A stretch of DNA of 64,000 bases from a virus (lineage: Duplodnaviria > Caudoviricetes): the IMG/VR virus record IMGVR_UViG_3300033121_000264, positions 1-64,000 of that record. One strand, written 5' to 3'. The notes beneath the pieces are model-generated. The model was given only the letters and a program-made list of their open reading frames with translations. It was not told the DNA's origin and did no database searches. A program made the translations under genes and the position numbers. Shown here in pieces: positions 60,101 through 64,000 of this stretch (position 1 is its first letter; every line of letters starts with the position of its first letter).

Positions 60101-61615
60101 AGCGCTTTGAGTACCGCTATTAGCCTTTCCTAAAAAGCCGGTAGAGAATTGTTTAAGTCCTGCCCCAAGTTTAATAGCTCCAATTGCAGTAAACATTGGG
60201 ATTAATGGAGTAAGTGATTGGCCTACTGTAATTAGGTTATCTGCAATTTTAAGAGTTAGACCTAAGAATCCTTGAATAGCAGTATTATCACCTATTGTAC
60301 GGAACAACTCAAAGAATCTTTCACGTAACTTAGTAAGTTGTACTAACAATGATTGTTGTGCAGTTACAGCGTCTCTTGTTAAGCTTCCACGACCACGTTG
60401 AGCAACAGCTAATGCCTTTTCAGCAGTAGCGAATTGTTGAATTAATGGAATAACTTTAGATACTTGACGGAAACCACCAAGTTCTTCAATAATCTGGGCG
60501 AATCTTGGGTCATTACCAGGAATTTCAGATAAAGCATCACTTAAACGTCTAACAGCTTCATATGGGCCTACGAATCTTCCTTGAAGGTCTAATAACTCAA
60601 CTCCAAGGTCACGTAAGAAATTAAGAGTTTTAGGACGTTGAATACGAGTAAAGATTGTACGGAAACCAGTAGCAATAGTTTCGGCAGATTCTCTAGTTGT
60701 TTGACGTACTGATGTGAACAATGCAATGAATTCTTCTAATGAGCCTCCGGCAGCTTGGAATGCGGCACCAGAACGACGTACAGCGGTTACGATGTCTTGT
60801 GATTCTACAGCGAATGCAGCGGCCACACTATTGAATGAGCCAAGCGTTGATTCTAAATCTTCTACGCCAATTTTGAATTGACGCATAGAAGCAATAACGC
60901 CTTCTACTGTGTCTTCAATTTTACCGAAAGTTGGAGCTAATTTAGTTTTAGCAAGAGCTTCTAATGCTACCTTAACTTCTCCGGCACTCAAACCGGCCTG
61001 AGCTAAAGTATCAGATACGGCCAATAATTCTTGAGAAGATACGCCAAGAGTTGTAGCAAGTCTTGTAATTTCAGCGGTTAAACCACCAAGATTTTTAACA
61101 GAAGTACCTGTAATTTGAGAAACTCTTACTAAACCATGTTGGAATAGAATAGCTTCTTGAATACCTGATTTCATAGCTGTAGTTAAAGCAATTACAGCAG
61201 AAGTAGCAACTGAGAATGCAGCAATACGTTTAATAGCAAAAGCAGATTGTTGACCAAGCCTTGTCATACCTGATGCAGTCTGATTAGCCGCCTTAGCTGT
61301 AGCAGCCATAGCTTTTTGATTAGCTTGAGCAGTTTTTGTAATTTGCCCAAGTTGCTTTAGATTGCCACCAAGAGTTTTATTTAATTGACTAATTTGTTGA
61401 TTTAAAACTACAGCGGCTCCAGCAGCACTCTTTAGACGTTGTTCAGTAATACCTAATGCTTTATTTATATTATCTAGTTTACCCTTGGTTGATGGGTCTA
61501 GTTTAAGTGTTACATTCGCCTTAACATTACTCAACTGTTTCTGTAGCTGACTAATGACTGGGCGAAGATTTTGATTCCGTACTGCTAATTCACAAGTTAA
61601 AACAAATTTAGCCAT
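54155..61615 (-). CDS. Tape measure protein
   Basis: 2486 aa, Ala/Gln-rich; TP901-like core (LAQAG, FAVES, ESAETIATGFRTIFTR); two DTVPALLTPGEYVL repeats. Confidence 0.88.
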   Translation of the reverse strand: MAKFVLTCELAVRNQNLRPVISQLQKQLSNVKANVTLKLDPSTKGKLDNINKALGITEQRLKSAAGAAVVLNQQISQLNKTLGGNLKQLGQITKTAQANQKAMAATAKAANQTASGMTRLGQQSAFAIKRIAAFSVATSAVIALTTAMKSGIQEAILFQHGLVRVSQITGTSVKNLGGLTAEITRLATTLGVSSQELLAVSDTLAQAGLSAGEVKVALEALAKTKLAPTFGKIEDTVEGVIASMRQFKIGVEDLESTLGSFNSVAAAFAVESQDIVTAVRRSGAAFQAAGGSLEEFIALFTSVRQTTRESAETIATGFRTIFTRIQRPKTLNFLRDLGVELLDLQGRFVGPYEAVRRLSDALSEIPGNDPRFAQIIEELGGFRQVSKVIPLIQQFATAEKALAVAQRGRGSLTRDAVTAQQSLLVQLTKLRERFFELFRTIGDNTAIQGFLGLTLKIADNLITVGQSLTPLIPMFTAIGAIKLGAGLKQFSTGFLGKANSGTQSASSTNNKLNTVQASAATANANQSGAISANTTALNNLATQINNLSSALKASIAATTKTIIGPGGIARQVPRKFARGGLVPGFGNRDTVPALLTPGEYVLPTSAVQAYGAGNIAALHKGGTVRKYGKGSEKGVSKLSAKEKEERALNKGINKKIGDELSHSAIKAASIDRRFALVGLLPNKKDVKPKKGQLSLPISNLSQAQKDAYGLNARGQLEYTLYTGTIKAPHGKRFENNIAHRLKDIANNEGKRVLDTMGIVSHPLSAKDIRKFNFEQMSGNLFEAALNTAGAPFTKNVSTDAFDFVGGLGANFTEKVYDDASLGNVPTDAKRTVTGQEKSVAKKVKNTVLTAIRRDYLTNPDNDSKTSAQHNKDLVKLKFTPAQAFHATRNRTQYKPPQKKAEGGDITGVGTDTVPALLTPGEYVLDKGTAQRVGYNNLDAMRVQKYAKGGVVRKFAGGGKVATGGGGADLSKLTPLLFVLPQITSMFGGLSEEMSTAITQFTVMAGIAGAAGKSLGGFKENTEKVNKIQSKLSGSTNRSFARLKTRYEDYKANPTPDTLGAFTRQAQRTKRNTNKRAPLRQAQLRQAKLGRVAEGAGGIGAGLGIVASVVGESKFSKPAFANIQAGKGTQKDVTNAGYGGLLGGAGSGAAMGAAVGSFLGPLGTLGGAVIGGAIGGITGFTNATKEATEQMKSIAISQQFERLDKTLERINKGTTVSGFDKVTVGNQIDTLQRNVLNATPEQKQETLTKAQGQLPGIQGFADKLASSVKSIGEFKSASNGLGKSLIETISLLANVPIVEVEEQFKKTIESQNKAANLQNQINASLAATYQDAQYVNNVVKAFNDSTNALQKFTNKANIIANDFQNLQFDSNMSEIIGKGLEANPADLTKALTQLIGGGGNGLAERLGASAGAAQSLPDVLRKALEAGPLSDTGGDKTPLAGFAAAVEDGIADFPKELKSSIQLKLDEFLADDSGDSKFIDEIRSNTEKFAKDLTEGTALYLESLNGAAEIAKNNANALIAMLQQRNTIEQKVTDLSISAATSRFKANRQAGLIGTNKFNSDLSSKDARSSVSISQNRRLRKGGLNGGESSDAIADAISSKRARILDLQNQRNKANPASKEFETLSKSIAGTENELQHLLSALNDQATSTEVLTALQTELATAENKRKTQLSAATNLAFGGREGRKEFAKSAQNARVIANNPNAIGSSEQEGSALQFLDQVIEMGAGDKKLATLGGKSANEVKQNRLGALVGKEDAKLLINSNKEEITLQRAIVEQQKEMVKAQNALTNLEAQKLDALDVTLTGGFESLRNTFEASMAEAQARRSESETKSRQEIADKSLSVVQKKEDLNRRLKGVGVDPASVTGVNAERVAQNADVFATLDKQKEIRDKLRNLRTTKERVTLDPTRDQGSQIQSALSNKFSGLIDQTSLQGEIDKIKEDTLKRGLYNKEDYFQRGPGGEFVHKQTGDTVSAKAFEIGSQDRNEYFNKRVQELVTRTIDNNSKFSEQTLKEGLRSQGFTDTQITQILELDPQSKAILFKLSKEVGNVDLAEARKTNTQAQDAAAKSSAQSDIDRQKADQTKKAADISVKSAEQTALDNKTQREQQKQSASTDLIAGFTGIANKILTDIYGAIKELKLVSENQEPVINLESPNNTQRDVKQKAPIVNVAAGKAAAFKFALPKFQIPDIIGELKKILTDPLKAIEEKTPDNTLPAEEKSTDIVGTTRSGKPISRAQQAKIDEANANRNAELIKQQAAEQNYQEILKRKEIEKIARDADLSDQVKNPLTPIGKPSLPKYVIPPSQRVVPNIPNPETVDIYRNTRPYNSVPIDSLSPIGRPELPREIKPNIESPNYTERPGVSINSLMPKSIGAGKAAYNTYLQGLTPLLNKLPEELNKNFLTFNKDFQQSTTSLAEILKYIPSSIDLAGKFDPIQVNITGAEALKGLEAILAPAIMAQITDQLSKVIPGLKPAMGPGPQTPSTTKGQKKDK
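58844..59896 (-). repeat. Two copies of a GG...DTVPALLTPGEYVL peptide repeat in the tape measure protein (about 59811-59896 and 58844-58920)
   Basis: DTVPALLTPGEYVL is identical at protein level in both copies. Confidence 0.85.
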
Positions 61616-61629
61616 GCTTATTAACCCTT

Positions 61630-61672
61630 AAAAAGAAAGAGGTTAGCCCACTTTTAACGATGAACTAACCTC
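61630..61672 (-). terminator. Intrinsic terminator-like hairpin upstream of the tape measure gene
   Basis: GAGGTTAGTTCAT-CGTTAAAA-GTGGGCTAACCTC followed by TTTCTTTTT. Confidence 0.7.
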
Positions 61673-61719
61673 GAAACATTCTATCCACGACTATCCATTT
61701 CTCGGCTTTTCCCTAATAG

Positions 61720-61729
61720 ATTATACACC
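61720..61729 (-). promoter_or_regulatory. GGTGTATAAT motif, copy 8; contains the stop of the 61721 ORF
   Basis: Minus strand GGTGTATAATCTATT matches 23831-23845. Confidence 0.6.
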
Positions 61730-62521
61730 TTGGGCCACAGGAGCAGGACTTTCAGCGACTTCTAAAGGATTACCATCATCATCAAGGAATGGTACTGTTT
61801 CTACCTTTTCAGGCATAATTCTCTTACCTTCTGAATCTAGGTAATAACCTTCGGAATCTACTCTTTTTCCAGACCTATCCGTAAAATTACCATCTTTATC
61901 AACAAAGCGTAACTTGTCATCTACGAATTTAAACTTCTTAAGGAATTGATTTTCTGGTAGACTTGATTCATAATCGGCATCTACACCATAAATAATTTGC
62001 ATTAGTTTACTTGCCGCTAGCGAAGTCGCAACTTCATTAGAACGTTCGTAATAATCATTTAAATCCTTAAAGTAACGTCTACCATCACTATATAGAGTGC
62101 AAGCACTAACCAAGTAATCAAACTTAGCATTTTCAGCAACTCCTTCTGCCGTATTAGAATCTAGTGCAGTACGAGCAGTATATAGTTCTCGTAGTTGAGA
62201 ACGAATATCATGTACTTCTAAAGCTAGTTGTTTAGCTAGACTTAGTTTAATTCCACCCTTTTCAATAGCGGCTAGTTTTTCATTACGTTGATTAATCAAG
62301 TCCACTTCTTTAGCAATCTGTTCTGGACCCCATAATCCTTGACGTTCAAGTTCTTCTTCTAACTTATCACGTAATAGAACTCCAGCCTTCACAGCTTTAG
62401 CAAAAGCAGTACGGTATTGTAAGTTAGCATCTTGAGACACTTGAGCATTTGGTGATACTACTACAAGTTCAACTTCCTTATCATCCACAGTCACCTTAAA
62501 CGTTTCTTTAGCCATTGTCAT
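61721..62521 (-). CDS. Hypothetical protein, possible tail assembly chaperone
   Basis: Position upstream of the tape measure gene; helical. Confidence 0.45.
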   Translation of the reverse strand: MTMAKETFKVTVDDKEVELVVVSPNAQVSQDANLQYRTAFAKAVKAGVLLRDKLEEELERQGLWGPEQIAKEVDLINQRNEKLAAIEKGGIKLSLAKQLALEVHDIRSQLRELYTARTALDSNTAEGVAENAKFDYLVSACTLYSDGRRYFKDLNDYYERSNEVATSLAASKLMQIIYGVDADYESSLPENQFLKKFKFVDDKLRFVDKDGNFTDRSGKRVDSEGYYLDSEGKRIMPEKVETVPFLDDDGNPLEVAESPAPVAQGV

Positions 62522-62969
62522 CCTCCCGTTTTCTATTAATATAGTCTTGTCTTGTCATTCCTTCTGGTAATACTTTTAAGTCCATACGATAACGATTCCA
62601 GTGTACGGTATACGTATCTAATTCATTTAATACAGCTTTAAGCTGATTATTTCCATTAGTTAAAATCCTATCTCTAGTTTCATTCCAGATTTCCCTAAAA
62701 ATTTCCTCACTAAAACCATTAGCTTCTAAACATTCCTTTAATTGTTTAACTAGCATATTATTACTATTATAGTTGCTATCACCCCATAAGAATCCAAATC
62801 TTCGTTCAAATTCGCTTAATGCTCCAACAAATGTGGTTTTTGACTTAGTTTCAATAGTTTTAGTTAAACGTTTCTTTGAATCTTCTAAATACTTTTTAGC
62901 TAATTCATCTTTGTTTGGTTTTTTATAACTATTACGAATTTCTTCTAAACTTCTATAATCTTTGTCCAT
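62508..62969 (-). CDS. Hypothetical protein
   Basis: ORF. Confidence 0.6.
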   Translation of the reverse strand: MDKDYRSLEEIRNSYKKPNKDELAKKYLEDSKKRLTKTIETKSKTTFVGALSEFERRFGFLWGDSNYNSNNMLVKQLKECLEANGFSEEIFREIWNETRDRILTNGNNQLKAVLNELDTYTVHWNRYRMDLKVLPEGMTRQDYINRKREDDNG

Positions 62970-62970
62970 A

Positions 62971-63999
62971 TTATCCTCTAACCCTTTCTGAAAACATCTT
63001 ATTCATTTCTGTCATTAATTCCATTCTTACGTCCGGCATATCAGTTTCTTTTACTTCACCCTTTTCCTTTAATGTATCTAATCTTAATTTCTTAGTCATT
63101 TGACCATATGCATCATTAAGAGAATCTACCCGTTTTGCCTTTTCTTCCGGCGCCCTAGTATCATTAGTTAGGTCATTTCCCCAAATATCCTTTTCATTAC
63201 GACAGAAGACATATACTTCCCTGGCATTTTGAATTTTGGAATTATTACCTACCAATTCATTACCTTCCTTTTGTATTTGGTCCTTTTCTCGTTTACGACG
63301 CTGACTTATCATCCAACCATCTAACATATCATCATCATCAATTATACTATCATGTGGACATTCTGATGATTCGTATATATTATCATACATTTTTGACCAA
63401 GAACATAAGTTGCGTTGTTCATCACTATATTCGGATACTGAAAAGCCGAAAAGGTTCTGTGTTTTCCCTAAATTCCAATATGTGCGCCAAGGGTCAGTTC
63501 TAGCTAGTTCCCTATATTGTGTTTCGGTAATACGTTCTTTACTTATCATTCCTAGTAAACTGTCAAACGTTCCATCAGATTCAAAATAAAATAATCCGCC
63601 ATTTTTATATACTGTGCTGGCCAAAATAAACTTACTTTTAACATATGCGGCAAATCCACTACAAGTTAAATAATCAAAGGAGTGCCGTTCTAAAAATAGT
63701 TCTTCTGCCGCTTGTTTCTTTGCTTCTAATTCCTGTCTACATTTAATTCTTTGTTGGGCATTATTGATTGCTGTAAATAAATTGACTTTAACATCTTCTA
63801 TTTCTTTAGGTAAAGCGTCTAATCTATTTTGTTTTTCTGGAGTCCATAATTTATTACGAAGTAAATAAGTTTCTAATTTATCATCATCCATTATCTCATA
63901 AAAAGATGCTCGATTTAATGATTCATTATAAATCTCTGATGCTTCATATTTAATTGCTGGATTAGGACTATTAATTATATATACATCTTTATTTGTAGA
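62971..63999 (-). CDS. Hypothetical protein, probably 5'-truncated by the window
   Basis: Frame stays open from 63891 to the window end. Confidence 0.6.
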   Translation of the reverse strand, partial: STNKDVYIINSPNPAIKYEASEIYNESLNRASFYEIMDDDKLETYLLRNKLWTPEKQNRLDALPKEIEDVKVNLFTAINNAQQRIKCRQELEAKKQAAEELFLERHSFDYLTCSGFAAYVKSKFILASTVYKNGGLFYFESDGTFDSLLGMISKERITETQYRELARTDPWRTYWNLGKTQNLFGFSVSEYSDEQRNLCSWSKMYDNIYESSECPHDSIIDDDDMLDGWMISQRRKREKDQIQKEGNELVGNNSKIQNAREVYVFCRNEKDIWGNDLTNDTRAPEEKAKRVDSLNDAYGQMTKKLRLDTLKEKGEVKETDMPDVRMELMTEMNKMFSERVRG

Positions 64000-64000
64000 T

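Noticed and set aside
61616-62969. Programmed frameshift in a tail-chaperone gene before the tape measure gene
   Set aside because: No convincing slippery site with a suitable overlapping downstream frame identified by eye
240-63103. Short antisense or nested ORFs in the ORF track (e.g. 240-485, 3008-3352, 12400-12969, 47220-47573, 57237-57530)
   Set aside because: They overlap well-supported genes on the other strand or frame and have no motifs; treated as shadow ORFs
1-64000. Genome-wide stop-codon recoding, suggested by two in-frame stops
   Set aside because: TAG, TAA and TGA all end genes at expected C-termini, and long ORFs are intact under the standard code
1-64000. tRNA or rRNA genes
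   Set aside because: Intergenic gaps are short and none shows cloverleaf or T-loop signatures by eye; tRNAscan was not run

Overview
A 64-kb segment of a large, AT-rich tailed-phage (jumbo-phage-like) genome with densely packed, overlapping genes. The + strand (1-46612) carries nucleotide-metabolism and replication genes: the 3' part of class II RNR nrdJ, PhoH, RecA, DnaB, primase, dNMP kinase, SpeD, a PD-(D/E)xK nuclease, dUTPase, a DnaE split into three genes, a UDG-like protein, IMPDH/GMP reductase, DnaQ, SSB and a sigma factor. These are followed by a ~14-kb glycosyltransferase/nucleotide-sugar cluster and Rad52-like and Whirly-like ssDNA proteins. The - strand (46617-64000) carries tail genes, including a 2486-aa tape measure protein. 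The region is heavily colonised by selfish elements: one Ala1 (class-3-like) intein in DnaB, two split inteins (IMPDH, DnaE) each interrupted by a Vsr-like endonuclease gene, several HNH genes, and a free-standing gene that looks like a whole intein with its splicing residues lost. Seven endonuclease genes from three unrelated families share one upstream cassette: GGTGTATAAT 28-44 nt before the ATG, often in a hairpin over the RBS. The same motif recurs upstream of the tape measure gene. Other oddities: an orphaned duplicate of the NrdJ C-terminus behind an HNH gene, an SSB whose DIPF tail is detached by an in-frame TAA-ATG, an in-frame TAG in a glycosyltransferase, and a nuclease-like domain between two repeats inside the tape measure protein. 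All family calls come from motif recognition by eye; no searches were run.
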